Assembly: GCA_045659905.1 (NCBI GenBank)
Contig: JAZRCT010000003.1
Coordinates: 26,037-90,036, forward strand
Source of the DNA: Eubacteriales bacterium
GTDB taxonomy: Bacteria > Bacillota > Clostridia > Oscillospirales > CAG-272
DNA: 64,000 nt
Direction: 5' to 3'
Shown here: piece after piece, positions 37,084-47,277 of the stretch
Layout: every line of letters starts with the position of its first letter
How positions within the stretch are numbered: the stretch's first letter is position 1
Translations under genes and position numbers: made by a program
Notes under the pieces: model-generated
What the model saw: the letters and a program-made list of their open reading frames with translations, nothing else
The model's database searches: none
What the model was told of the DNA's origin: nothing

Positions 37084-37303
37084 GTTGTCGCTTTTTATGC
37101 AACCTGCATAAGTTTTAAGTCACATTTCGGGTTACTTTTGGAAGGCAAGTGTACTTACTTTGGCAAAAATCTCGGCTATAATTGAGCTACCGAGGAAAAA
37201 GCGGCGGCGCAGCTGCGGCTTCTTCGGCAAATAATGCCGAGAGCTTTTCGGCCTTGCTCGGTGCACAGGGCATAGCTGAAATTCTGCGGCGAACAGGAGA
37301 TTT

Positions 37304-37633
37304 TTGAATTTGAACAAAAGGAAAAAGAGGTATGACGGTGAGCTGCCCCGAAAAATGTATTCCTATTTCGCAGGCTACGACGACCCTAAGGGGTTGCCAA
37401 GCTTCTCGAAATTTGCAAGACTTTCGGGGGTGACGCTTGAGGAGCTGTCGGACTTTCGCAAGCATAAGGAATTTGAACGAGCTTGGCGCGAATGCATTGA
37501 AATCAGGAGGGATTACCTTATAGACTTAGCAATTACCAAGCGTGCCGATGCATCAATGGCAAAATTTCTGCTCAGCGAATCCGAGGTGAGCGACGATGGC
37601 TCGCTTAATTTCTCACTTACGGTGATAGAATAG
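37304..37633 (+). CDS. putative terminase small subunit
   Basis: 109-aa ORF (TTG start) immediately upstream of TerL, overlapping it by 1 nt. Basic N-terminus and HTH-like middle. The call is mainly positional. Confidence 0.5.
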   Translation: MNLNKRKKRYDGELPRKMYSYFAGYDDPKGLPSFSKFARLSGVTLEELSDFRKHKEFERAWRECIEIRRDYLIDLAITKRADASMAKFLLSESEVSDDGSLNFSLTVIE

Positions 37634-38997
37634 TGCAGCTTTCATTATCGGTGACGAAAAAGCAAAGGAAATTTATAGAGGCTGATTGCCAGGAGGTGCT
37701 TTTTGGCGGTGCGGCAGGCGGCGGAAAATCCTACGGTCAGATGGTGGATGCTCTGCTTTTTGCCCTTAAGTATCCCAAATCGAAGCAGCTGGTATTAAGA
37801 CGCACATTTACCGAGCTTGACAAGTCGCTGATACGAACCTCGCTTGCGTTATTTCCTAAAAGCATTTACACCTTTAATTCCTCAACCCATACGGGAAAAT
37901 TCAAAAACGGCTCGGTCATAGATTTCGGCTACTGCGCCACCGAAAACGACGTGTATCAGTATCAGAGCGCCGAATACGACGTCATTCGCTTTGACGAGCT
38001 TACCCATTTTACCGAGGCGCAATACGTATATCTCATCTCAAGAGTAAGGGGAGCTAACAGCTTCCCTAAGCAAATCAAATCCTCTACCAACCCCGGCGGA
38101 ATAGGGCACGGTTGGGTGAAGGCTCGCTTCGTGGACCCATCGCCGCCCGACACGGCGTTTATCGGCAAGGACGGTATGAAAAGAATTTTTATTCCGTCTC
38201 TTATAGACGACAATATCTTTCTTATGCAAAGCGACCCCGAGTATAAATCCCGTCTTATGACGCTCCCCGACTCTCAAAGGCGGGCGCTCCTCTACGGCGA
38301 CTGGGATATTTTTGAGGGACAGTATTTTACGGAATTTGACCGAGAAAAGCATATTTGCCAGCCCTTTGAAATACCGCCCCATTGGCGCAGGTACAGAACG
38401 GTGGACTACGGTCTTGACCGTCTTGCCTGCCTTTGGATTGCGGTATCCGAGGAGCGTGTGGCATACGTATACAGAGAATACTGCGAATCGAATCTTCCCA
38501 TCAGTGAGGCGGCTGCGGCTATCACCGAGAGAACCGTCAAGGGCGAGGATATCTACGCCACTCTTGCTCCCCCCGACCTTTTTTCACGAAGTCAGGAGAC
38601 GGGAAAGACGAAAGCGTCGCTCTTTTCGGAGCGAGGGGTGACCTTTACTAAAACCTCAAACGACCGTGAGGCAGGCTGGCTTGCCATAAAGGAGCTTTTG
38701 CTTCCCCGCGGCGGCAGAGTCGGACTTCAGATTTTCTCGAACTGCACCGAGCTTATAAGGTGTCTTCCCTCGCTTTGCGTGGACAAAATCCGTCCTACCG
38801 ACTGTGCGACGGAGCCGCACGACATAACCCACGCACCCGATGCTTTAAGAGGCTTTGCGATATTCCATTCTCGACCGAACGAGCCAACATACTCACCCAA
38901 GCGCAGAAGCTGGAGCTTCGATATGTGGGAGGATTACGAGAACGCCTCCTGTGATGAGAAAAAATACCTATTAGACAAATACGGAGAACCACAGTGA
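37633..38997 (+). CDS. phage terminase large subunit
   Basis: Walker A FGGAAGGGKSYG, Walker B-like YDVIRFDELTHF, then STNPGGIGHGWVK and a C-terminal nuclease-sized region. Confidence 0.85.
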   Translation: MQLSLSVTKKQRKFIEADCQEVLFGGAAGGGKSYGQMVDALLFALKYPKSKQLVLRRTFTELDKSLIRTSLALFPKSIYTFNSSTHTGKFKNGSVIDFGYCATENDVYQYQSAEYDVIRFDELTHFTEAQYVYLISRVRGANSFPKQIKSSTNPGGIGHGWVKARFVDPSPPDTAFIGKDGMKRIFIPSLIDDNIFLMQSDPEYKSRLMTLPDSQRRALLYGDWDIFEGQYFTEFDREKHICQPFEIPPHWRRYRTVDYGLDRLACLWIAVSEERVAYVYREYCESNLPISEAAAAITERTVKGEDIYATLAPPDLFSRSQETGKTKASLFSERGVTFTKTSNDREAGWLAIKELLLPRGGRVGLQIFSNCTELIRCLPSLCVDKIRPTDCATEPHDITHAPDALRGFAIFHSRPNEPTYSPKRRSWSFDMWEDYENASCDEKKYLLDKYGEPQ

Positions 38998-40724
38998 AAA
39001 TCGAATTAAAAAGCAAAAAGGAGCGGCTTGACTTTTTCAAATCGCTCTATGAAAACGCTAAATCCGCCTACGAGGACTGTCGTGAGGGCTTCCGTAGAAA
39101 TATGCGCCAATATAAAGGAAGCACCGAAATCGACGGAAGCTCCGAGCGCGCCCTCACCGTGCGGAATATCACCTATGAAATAGTCGAAAGCCAGGTAAAT
39201 TCGCAAATTCCCGCCCCCAAGGCAGACCCGCCCTCGTACAGCGAGAGCAAGGCAAGGCTTGCCGAAACCATTGAGCGTCTTTGCCGTGCCACCAGAGATA
39301 GGCTTCCGTTCGGGAAGCTGAACGACCTTGACGAAAGGTACACCTATATCTTCGGCGGTAGCGTATGGTACGCAGAATGGAACAACGAAAGCAAAATCGG
39401 AAACGAAATCGGCACGGTCGAGGTCCACTGTCTTCCGCCCGAGGATTTTATTCCCGAGCCTTGCGTCTTTGAGGTCGAGGATATGGAATACTGCTTCTTA
39501 AGATTCACGACCACAAGAGGCGCGCTCATAAGAAAATACGGAATAAGCCTCGAGGAGGCTTCGCTTGCCGAGTGCGAAAGCGAGCTTGGTGAGGACGGAC
39601 TCGCCGATACGGTCAGCGTGACGGTATGCTTCTACAAGGACGAGTACGGTCATGTATCGCAGTTCGTCTTCTCGGGACTTACTACACTCTCGGATATCGA
39701 AGGCTATTATAAAAGGAAGATTAAGGTTTGCAAGAAATGCTCGCAGAGAGAGGACCTTTGCAGCTGTGAAAAGCCAACCTTTGTTGTCAAAAACGAGGAT
39801 ACTGAGCTTGTTAGCGACCCCAAGGGCGTTTATCCGGATGCAAGCGTAAATTATTATCTTCCACGTCGCTTCCCGATAGTAATAAGGAAGAATACCTCAA
39901 CACACGCCTCGCTTTTCGGTCAGAGCGACTGCGACTATATAAGACCTGAGCAGCAGGCTATCAATAAGGTAGAAAGCCGAATTTTGCAAAAGCTTCTGCG
40001 CTCGGGAGTAACGCCCGTAGTCCCTGAGGATTCAAGCGTTGCCGTAAACAACTCCATCTTCGGTCAGGTGATAAAAATGAAGCCCGGCGAGAGTATGGCT
40101 CAGTACGGAAAGGTTGACACCACGCCCGATATTTCGGCAGACATTGCCGAGGCGGAAAGGCTGTACGAGCACGCAAAGCGAGTAATCGGAATTTCCGACG
40201 CTTACCTTGGAATATCCCAGAACAGAAACGAATCGGGCTACGCAAGACAGCTCCAGATTTCGCAGGCGTCAGGCCGTCTTGAATCAAAGCGGCAGATGAA
40301 AAATACCGCCTACGCCGAGCTTTACAGAATTATCTTCGAGCATTATCTCGCCTTTGCAGACGAGCCTCGTATGCTTGCCTACAAGGACGGCTTCGGCAGA
40401 ATTCATAACGAGCGCTTCAACAGGTACGATTTTCTAGACTACGATGCCGAGGCAGGCGAGTATTTTTATGACGACGCCTACCTTTTCTCGGTTGACGAAA
40501 ACGGCGGCGCTGAATACCAGCGAGAGGCGCTGTGGGAAAGAAACCTTGAAAACCTGAAATCGGGAACGCTTGGCGACCCTACGCACCCCTCTACTCTGCT
40601 TCGCTACTGGCAGACGCAGGAGCGTGCCCACTACCCCTTTGCAAGGGAGAACGTGGAATACTTTACCGAGCTTATAAGAAAGGAGGGCGATAACCCCTAT
40701 GGCAGCGAGACTGAAAAGCTTTAA
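38994..40724 (+). CDS. putative portal protein
   Basis: 576-aa ORF directly after TerL (4-nt overlap), so portal-typical in size and position. It contains a CxxC...CxC insert (CKKCSQREDLCSC). No motif-level confirmation. Confidence 0.55.
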   Translation: MKIELKSKKERLDFFKSLYENAKSAYEDCREGFRRNMRQYKGSTEIDGSSERALTVRNITYEIVESQVNSQIPAPKADPPSYSESKARLAETIERLCRATRDRLPFGKLNDLDERYTYIFGGSVWYAEWNNESKIGNEIGTVEVHCLPPEDFIPEPCVFEVEDMEYCFLRFTTTRGALIRKYGISLEEASLAECESELGEDGLADTVSVTVCFYKDEYGHVSQFVFSGLTTLSDIEGYYKRKIKVCKKCSQREDLCSCEKPTFVVKNEDTELVSDPKGVYPDASVNYYLPRRFPIVIRKNTSTHASLFGQSDCDYIRPEQQAINKVESRILQKLLRSGVTPVVPEDSSVAVNNSIFGQVIKMKPGESMAQYGKVDTTPDISADIAEAERLYEHAKRVIGISDAYLGISQNRNESGYARQLQISQASGRLESKRQMKNTAYAELYRIIFEHYLAFADEPRMLAYKDGFGRIHNERFNRYDFLDYDAEAGEYFYDDAYLFSVDENGGAEYQREALWERNLENLKSGTLGDPTHPSTLLRYWQTQERAHYPFARENVEYFTELIRKEGDNPYGSETEKL

Positions 40725-41364
40725 GGAATATATAGAAAAAGAAAAGCAGGCTTACGGCTCCGAATATAACGACGCACTCGCCAAAATATCCGTAAGCAAG
40801 CTTAAGGACGAGGTCACCGATACCGCCTTTAAGGAGAAGCTCTCCCGTGAGGGCTTATCCCGCTCGGGGTACGCAGAATATCTGAGAGGCGAAAGTGCGG
40901 CAGAGACAAAGGACGGAATAACTCTTGCCAAAAGAGAGCTTTTAGAGGCGGAAGCAAACGCCTACTCGGGATACGCCGAGTACCTTAACAATTACGAGAC
41001 CGTCCAGAGCGCCTTAAACAAAAGATTCATAGACTCACTTATCACCGACGGCGTATTCGATTCGGAGGAGGCAGAAAGAAAGGCTATCCTTATCGGTATC
41101 CCTAAGGAGAGAGCGGGAGATATCGCCGAGCTCGGAGTGCTTATTTCAAGAAAGCGCACCATAAGCTCTGCTGTAAAATACGCCAAGGAGAAAAATTATT
41201 CCTACCGAGGAGCTAAATACTACGCACTTTCTCTGGGACTTTCACAGCTTGACGCAAAAAGAGTAGCTGAAGAGGTATCCCGCATAACCGAGGAGGAGGC
41301 AGAGTGGTACGAATCGCTCGACAAGGACGCTTATTTTGACGAGATAAAGGGACAGCAGAATTAA
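40699..41364 (+). CDS. hypothetical protein (head-module position)
   Basis: 221-aa helical, charged ORF that overlaps the end of the portal gene. Confidence 0.5.
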   Translation: MAARLKSFKEYIEKEKQAYGSEYNDALAKISVSKLKDEVTDTAFKEKLSREGLSRSGYAEYLRGESAAETKDGITLAKRELLEAEANAYSGYAEYLNNYETVQSALNKRFIDSLITDGVFDSEEAERKAILIGIPKERAGDIAELGVLISRKRTISSAVKYAKEKNYSYRGAKYYALSLGLSQLDAKRVAEEVSRITEEEAEWYESLDKDAYFDEIKGQQN

Positions 41365-41390
41365 ATCTAACTTAAGAAAGGATAAACTAT

Positions 41391-41534
41391 ATGAAGGATA
41401 AGAAATATTCACCCTACGCCACCAATAAGGGCGGAAGAATCGAAAGTCCGAGAGTGATTTCCGACTCCGAGCCTAAGGCTAGCGTAACCAGAGGTGACGA
41501 CCTCAGAATCAGCAAAGCAAAGAAGTCTAAGTAA
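41391..41534 (+). CDS. small basic hypothetical protein (47 aa)
   Basis: ATG 41391 preceded by AAAGGA. Sequence MKDKKYSPYATNKGGRIESPRVISDSEPKASVTRGDDLRISKAKKSK. Not in the supplied ORF track because it is under 60 aa. Confidence 0.35.
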   Translation: MKDKKYSPYATNKGGRIESPRVISDSEPKASVTRGDDLRISKAKKSK

Positions 41535-41594
41535 TAATTAAAGACTTGATTTGAAAATAATTATTTACAAAATTCTTGAGAATGGAGATAAAGT

Positions 41595-42113
41595 ATGAAC
41601 GAAGCACTTAAGGAATCAGACCTCGAAATTGAAGCTTCAGTAGAGGATACGGCGGTATCCCGCACGGAGGATACGGCTGTGCAATCGGCAGAGAATGTGC
41701 CAGCGCCCCTCACAGAGGACAGCGAAGGCGGTGCCGAGCCTTCAGCCGAGACTGATAGCGACAGCGAGACCTCCGACGACACCGACTATGCGGCGCTTGC
41801 GGCAGAGGATATAGCTAAAATCAGGGAGCTTTTCCCCGAATGCCGCTCACTAAGGTCTGTAACCGAGCTTGAAAATCCCTTAAGGTATGCAACACTGCGT
41901 GACCTCGGGCTTAGCGTTAAGGAGGCGTTCCTCGCAACGCAAAAAAGGAGCGCAAGATACGACAACCGCGCTCACTTAAAAAGCTCCGTGCCGAGGGGCG
42001 CTGTGAGTGACGGAGCTTCTATGAGTGCCGAGGCACTAAGGGAAGCAAGAGAGCTTTTCTCGGGACTTTCGGACACTGAAATTCAAAAGCTCTACAAAAG
42101 CGTTATAAAATAA
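41595..42113 (+). CDS. putative scaffolding protein
   Basis: 172-aa ORF upstream of the coat candidate, with a very acidic N-terminal half and a helical C-terminus. GGAGA RBS. The call is positional and compositional. Confidence 0.4.
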   Translation: MNEALKESDLEIEASVEDTAVSRTEDTAVQSAENVPAPLTEDSEGGAEPSAETDSDSETSDDTDYAALAAEDIAKIRELFPECRSLRSVTELENPLRYATLRDLGLSVKEAFLATQKRSARYDNRAHLKSSVPRGAVSDGASMSAEALREARELFSGLSDTEIQKLYKSVIK

Positions 42114-42152
42114 CGCAAATTTTTTCACCTGTAAAATAAGAAAGGAAAAGAA

Positions 42153-42536
42153 ATGTTTAAATTACTTAAAATCAACGATTCACCCAGCAACACCCCCGAA
42201 ATCGTAAAGCTTAAAAAGGCTTCCACGGTTGCCTTTACGGTAGGTGAAGCATTAATTTTCGAAAAGGACAATACGACTCGCTGCGGCCCTAGCATGCGTC
42301 CTACTCATATTTCCGCCGCAGCCAGCGACGTCGGCGAGACCACCGTTCTTGCCTACAAGGTTACCAGCGATATGGTGTTTGAGACCAAGCTTATGACAGA
42401 CGGATTCGTATACCCCGGTGAGAAGCTTATAATTTCAGGAGGTGTCGGCGTCGCACAGCCCGACGAGGACGACATTGAAACCGTAGCCTCCGTAATCGTA
42501 TCCAGAGACGGAACCGCAATCGTATTTTTTGAATGA
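42153..42536 (+). CDS. hypothetical protein (possible head decoration or accessory protein)
   Basis: 127-aa ORF with an RBS, located between the scaffold-like and coat-like ORFs. Confidence 0.45.
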   Translation: MFKLLKINDSPSNTPEIVKLKKASTVAFTVGEALIFEKDNTTRCGPSMRPTHISAAASDVGETTVLAYKVTSDMVFETKLMTDGFVYPGEKLIISGGVGVAQPDEDDIETVASVIVSRDGTAIVFFE

Positions 42537-42553
42537 AAGGAAAATAGTTTAAA

Positions 42554-43603
42554 ATGATTGTTTACGCAAAATCAACCAATTTGAATAATTCTGCTATCGG
42601 AAAGCTTGAAACACCAATCAAGATGGTTATCGAGCACGAAAGCAATATGCAAACAAAGCGCGGAGGCATCTGCGACTGGCTCTTCAACGTTGAGAGGAGC
42701 AATAAATTCGGCGAGACCATCATAGGTCAGAACGAATTTGACATATTCCAGTCGGTAAACGAGGGCGGCAGAGGTGAAAACGACTCTATCGTCGAAACCT
42801 ACCGTAAGTTTATCGAGCACATACAGTTTATGAAGGAGTTTACCATCACGGCTGAAATGATGGAGGACGCAAACTACGGCGTTGCTCAGGATGCAAAGCG
42901 CCGTGCAGAAAACTTCACCCGTGCATACTATAAGACTATGCACAAGATTTGCGAATACGCTCTTTCAAATGCATATGCCCCTCTCGGATACTTTGCGAGA
43001 GCGACGCTCGACCTAACCGCACCCGACGGTCTTCCGCTTTTCTCGTCATCGCACAAGTACGGCGCCGGTACGCAAAACGGCACTCAGTCAAACTACTATT
43101 ACGGAAACATATTCTCCTCGGGCGGCAGCTACAGCACCACTGCATTTGAAAATGCGCTCGCCGACCTTTCGGTAAAAATCAGAAATATGAAGGACGAAAA
43201 CGGTGAGCCTCTCGGCTACACCGCAGATACGATTATCCTTCCCGGCAACCGTCCTATGGCGGAATCAATCGCCAAGAAGGTATGCGGCTCTGAGGGTGCG
43301 CTCGGCAACGGCTACAACGATATCAACCTTCAGTACGGCAACTGGAATATCGTAATTATGCCCAACTGGCAGACAGAGGACGACAGAGTTATGATTATGT
43401 CAAGCGAGGCGAATAAGAATCTTTCGGGAAATATGTTCTTCAACAGAGTTCCCCTTACCGTAACCAACTGGGTTGACCATCACACGGGCAACTACATCTG
43501 GGGCGGCAGATGCCGTTTCGGCGTTGGCTTCGGAAATTACAAGCACATTCTCCTTGCGGTACAGGCAGGAGATGAGGAGCTCAGCGGCGCTACTGCGCTT
43601 TAA
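42554..43603 (+). CDS. putative major capsid protein
   Basis: 349-aa ORF in the canonical position after the scaffold. No transmembrane or enzymatic motifs. The call is positional. Confidence 0.5.
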   Translation: MIVYAKSTNLNNSAIGKLETPIKMVIEHESNMQTKRGGICDWLFNVERSNKFGETIIGQNEFDIFQSVNEGGRGENDSIVETYRKFIEHIQFMKEFTITAEMMEDANYGVAQDAKRRAENFTRAYYKTMHKICEYALSNAYAPLGYFARATLDLTAPDGLPLFSSSHKYGAGTQNGTQSNYYYGNIFSSGGSYSTTAFENALADLSVKIRNMKDENGEPLGYTADTIILPGNRPMAESIAKKVCGSEGALGNGYNDINLQYGNWNIVIMPNWQTEDDRVMIMSSEANKNLSGNMFFNRVPLTVTNWVDHHTGNYIWGGRCRFGVGFGNYKHILLAVQAGDEELSGATAL

Positions 43604-43709
43604 GATAATCTCGGCCTTGAGCTGAATATTCTTTTTTGGAGCGCCGTGCCACATAAAGTCGGTGCGGCGCTTCTTTGAAAATTAACTTCTTAATAATGAA
43701 GGAGCATTT

Positions 43710-44549
43710 ATGAACTTAAAAGAATTAACGAAAGAGGTCTTCGCACTCGGCTTTGACGAGGGGGCGGAGGTGACCGACGCCTTCTATTCCTGCGCAAACC
43801 GTGCGCTGAGGCTGATTTACACCGAATACCCCTCCGAGCGAATGATAAAGAGCTTTGTAACGAGGCTTATTCCTTCCTCGACCTACGGAGTGTTTCGGCA
43901 TATCGGAGGCGAAGAAGAAAAAATCAGCGTAGTCGGCAAAGCGTTAAGCTTCACCGTAAGCGGAGCAGGTGAGGCCGTCTTAAGTGACCGAAGCGGAGAG
44001 CATACTATCCCTTTTAATTCACCGTTTTCACCCGTGCGCCGGCTTATAGCGGGAAGCGGCGAAATAACCTTCAAGGGGGATTTTTGCTATACCGTATCGG
44101 ATTTTGCGGTGTTCTCCGAGCTGTCAGGCCCCAACGAGGAGGATATCCCCTCGCTGTCGCTTGAAAGGACGCTTTCGATAGAGAATGCCGCAGCGGATTT
44201 TCTCTCACTCTCTAGGCTTCCCGAGGACGGAAACGGAGCTATTATCAGCGAGGCTAAAATAAGCGGTGGAGAGCTGTTTCTTCCCTCGGATTTCGAGGGC
44301 GAAATCAGGATATATTACAACCGCCGCCCAAGAGAGATAGTTAAGGGCGACGAGAACGGGAAAATCGACGTTCCCGAGGAGGTTTCGCATCTCGTGGCAC
44401 TCCTTACCTCTTCATATCTCTGGCTTGAAGACGAGCCCGAGCGTGCGGCGTACTATCTCACTCTCTACCGTGACGCTATGTCTAAGGCAAAGGAGCTTAG
44501 AGGGCGCACGGTCGGCACTCCGTTTACTGACGTTCTGAGGTGGGCGTGA
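43710..44549 (+). CDS. hypothetical protein (possible head-tail adaptor)
   Basis: 279-aa ORF with a GAAGGAG RBS. Its stop overlaps the next start (TGATG). Confidence 0.45.
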   Translation: MNLKELTKEVFALGFDEGAEVTDAFYSCANRALRLIYTEYPSERMIKSFVTRLIPSSTYGVFRHIGGEEEKISVVGKALSFTVSGAGEAVLSDRSGEHTIPFNSPFSPVRRLIAGSGEITFKGDFCYTVSDFAVFSELSGPNEEDIPSLSLERTLSIENAAADFLSLSRLPEDGNGAIISEAKISGGELFLPSDFEGEIRIYYNRRPREIVKGDENGKIDVPEEVSHLVALLTSSYLWLEDEPERAAYYLTLYRDAMSKAKELRGRTVGTPFTDVLRWA

Positions 44550-47263
44550 TGGCGGGAATTAAAAAAGGTGGGCTTTCCCACTCTGCGAGCAGCGAATACA
44601 GCGTAATTTATTCCTCTATGAGAGGAATAGACCTTTCGGGCGATGCAAGCTCGGTCGACCGCTTTCGCTTCGCTTACGCCGAGAATATGTATAAGGATTA
44701 CGACGGCGAGGGTGGCGATGCGGTAGAGAGCATTCCCGGTTTTAGGAAATTAGCCTCGCTCGGTGAAAAAATCAAAAAAATATTTATTTATAAGCCCGAT
44801 TCAGACAGCGAATATATAGTGATTCAGGCAGGGGCGGAGCTTTATATATCCGAAAGAGAGGCGCTTTTGCGAGGAGATGCCCCCGCCTTGGTTATGAGCG
44901 ACCTCGACGGCGATATTACCGCCGTAAGCTTTGGAGGTGAAATGCTCTTTTTCGGCGGAATGAGGCTTGCGGTGCTCGGCAAGGATGGCGCTTTTAGCGA
45001 AATCGTCGACGAAAGCAGCAGAATTTATATTCCCTACACCTATATCAACGGAAAGGAAGCCGAGGGACGCAATATGCTGACACGCCTCTCTTACGAAAGC
45101 TATACGATAGGCTCTGCCTACAAGCACACCTACGGCACGGAATCGCTCACCTACCAGATAACCGATATAGAGAATAAAACCTGCCGTGTCACGGGAATTA
45201 CCGACGCTAAGGAGCGCAGAATATATATCCCCAACAGGATAAAGCTCGCCGACGAATACTATACGGTAACCGAAATCGCTCCGCACGCCTTTGCGGGAAA
45301 CACTGCGCTCACGGCGGTGATTATAACCGAGGGCGTAAAAACTCTCGGCAAGTTTGCCTTTGCGGACTGTACCTCGCTTAACACGGTAGTACTCTCGGAT
45401 TCGGTAGAACTTATCGACAACGCCTGCTTTGCTAGATGCACGGGGCTAATGACGCTGCATATAGGACTTGGGCTTACCAAGGTTGGCTCTTCTCCGCTCT
45501 CGCAATGCCTTTCGCTAAGCGAAATCAGCTACGCCTCGGACGAAAGTGATTTTAACAAAATAGAAAACGTATCCTATATATCCGGCTATCAAATGGTATA
45601 CGGCAAAAAGCTTCTGTCGGGGTATATTTCAATTCCGATTTTCGGTCCCGTCACCGAAATTATCAGCGTGACGGCAGGCGGTGAGGAGCTTGACTTCAGC
45701 GTGACTTATAGAGAAAACGGGCTTTCAAGGTCGGTAAAAATTTACGCCGCTGACTTAAGCACTCTCGACGGAAAGGAATTTCTGGTTAAGGCAAAGCTAT
45801 CTAACAGCCGCCTTGATTATACCGAATACAGCGGCTTTATGAACAGCTCCTATTCGGTATTCTTCGACACCTTCAGGCTGATAGGTCTTTCAACGGTCGC
45901 CGCCGTTTACGACGGCAGAATTTTCCTCGGCGGCAACGTAAGACACCCCTCGCTATTGTTCTTCAGCTCTCGTGACAGAAAGGGAAACATAAATCCCTTT
46001 TATTTCAGCGAATACGATTATCTTGACGTAACGAGGGGTAGAGTAACCAACCTTTTACCCACGCAAAGCTCGCTTGCAGTATACACCGACGACGGCGGTG
46101 AATGCTCCATTTCCTACCTTTCGGCAAGGGATACGGGCATAGACCTCGTGCCGAGGATATATCCTACCGAATATATACACTCAGGGCTTTCCCTTGCGCA
46201 CTCTGCGATAAGCTTTCTCGACGAACAGCTTTTCCTTTCAAGTCAAGGGCTTATCCGACTTGGAAAGCTTGGGACTAATCTTGAGAGAAACGTGTCAATA
46301 ATTTCGAATAAAGTAAATAAAGTTTTACTTTCTTTGGATTTAAGTGATGCTGATATGACGGTTTGGCTAGGCTATCTTGTGATTGGAGCTTGCGGAAAAA
46401 TATTTCTTGCTGACCCAAGACAGAGCTATTATGAGAACGGAATTCAGGAGTACGAATGGTATCTTCTTTCGGATATCGGCACATACGAAAACGACCTGCC
46501 AAAATACCGCTATGCCTCGGTTGGAGACGGATATTCCAATGCTAAAGCGGAGCTTTGCGACCTTGAAGTGCCAAGCGACAAGACCGTATATTCCGCAGTA
46601 CGCTCGGACGGAGCTACCGTCTACTACACCGAGGAGGGCGGCGAGCATATATGCGTATATAAGACTGAGGAGCGCTACGGCGGCGAATTCTCTACCCTCA
46701 CTGCGCTTTCCTCTGACGGCACGCTGCTCTTTTTCGGTACGGGGAGCGGAGATATCTGCGTTTTCAACAACGACAAGAGAGGGCTTCCTCCCGACTCATA
46801 CTATCTTGAGGACGGCTTTGACGCCGAGGAATACAGACGCCGCTTTGGAAAAAGCATAGCCAAGGAATTTTACTCCTTTGCAGGGCACAGACCGAAATAT
46901 ATCCTGAAAACCAAACGGGACGACTGCGGAATCCCGCATCTGACGAAATCCACCGTCAAGCACTCTATGACCTTAAAGCTTCGCTCCCTTTCGGGCGGAA
47001 AGCTGAGCTGTGAAATAAAGACCGACCGCGGTACGGTAAAGGAAGCTCTATTCACTACCTCAGGCACGCTTTGCTTTGACGGGCTTGACTTTTCACAGCT
47101 TTCCTTTGACTGCGAGGACAGCTTCACAAGACCGCTTAACGCAAAGGAAAAAAGCTGGGTGGAAAAGCAGATAACCGTAACCTCCGCTGAATTCAACTCC
47201 CCGATATCGGTCTACAATATTGCCTACCGATTCCGAGTAAAGGGCAGAATAAAGAAATCATAA
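44549..47263 (+). CDS. large virion/tail-associated protein with an internal BspA-type leucine-rich repeat segment
   Basis: 904-aa ORF. LRR_5-like repeats (IAPHAFAGNTALTAVIITEGVKTLGKFAFADCTSLNTVVLSDSVELIDNACFARCTGL) at about nt 45220-45560. Recurring beta-propeller-like LFFGG / IFLGG / LLFFGTGSG strands elsewhere. Confidence 0.6.
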   Translation: MAGIKKGGLSHSASSEYSVIYSSMRGIDLSGDASSVDRFRFAYAENMYKDYDGEGGDAVESIPGFRKLASLGEKIKKIFIYKPDSDSEYIVIQAGAELYISEREALLRGDAPALVMSDLDGDITAVSFGGEMLFFGGMRLAVLGKDGAFSEIVDESSRIYIPYTYINGKEAEGRNMLTRLSYESYTIGSAYKHTYGTESLTYQITDIENKTCRVTGITDAKERRIYIPNRIKLADEYYTVTEIAPHAFAGNTALTAVIITEGVKTLGKFAFADCTSLNTVVLSDSVELIDNACFARCTGLMTLHIGLGLTKVGSSPLSQCLSLSEISYASDESDFNKIENVSYISGYQMVYGKKLLSGYISIPIFGPVTEIISVTAGGEELDFSVTYRENGLSRSVKIYAADLSTLDGKEFLVKAKLSNSRLDYTEYSGFMNSSYSVFFDTFRLIGLSTVAAVYDGRIFLGGNVRHPSLLFFSSRDRKGNINPFYFSEYDYLDVTRGRVTNLLPTQSSLAVYTDDGGECSISYLSARDTGIDLVPRIYPTEYIHSGLSLAHSAISFLDEQLFLSSQGLIRLGKLGTNLERNVSIISNKVNKVLLSLDLSDADMTVWLGYLVIGACGKIFLADPRQSYYENGIQEYEWYLLSDIGTYENDLPKYRYASVGDGYSNAKAELCDLEVPSDKTVYSAVRSDGATVYYTEEGGEHICVYKTEERYGGEFSTLTALSSDGTLLFFGTGSGDICVFNNDKRGLPPDSYYLEDGFDAEEYRRRFGKSIAKEFYSFAGHRPKYILKTKRDDCGIPHLTKSTVKHSMTLKLRSLSGGKLSCEIKTDRGTVKEALFTTSGTLCFDGLDFSQLSFDCEDSFTRPLNAKEKSWVEKQITVTSAEFNSPISVYNIAYRFRVKGRIKKS

Positions 47264-47277
47264 AGAAAGGAATAAAA

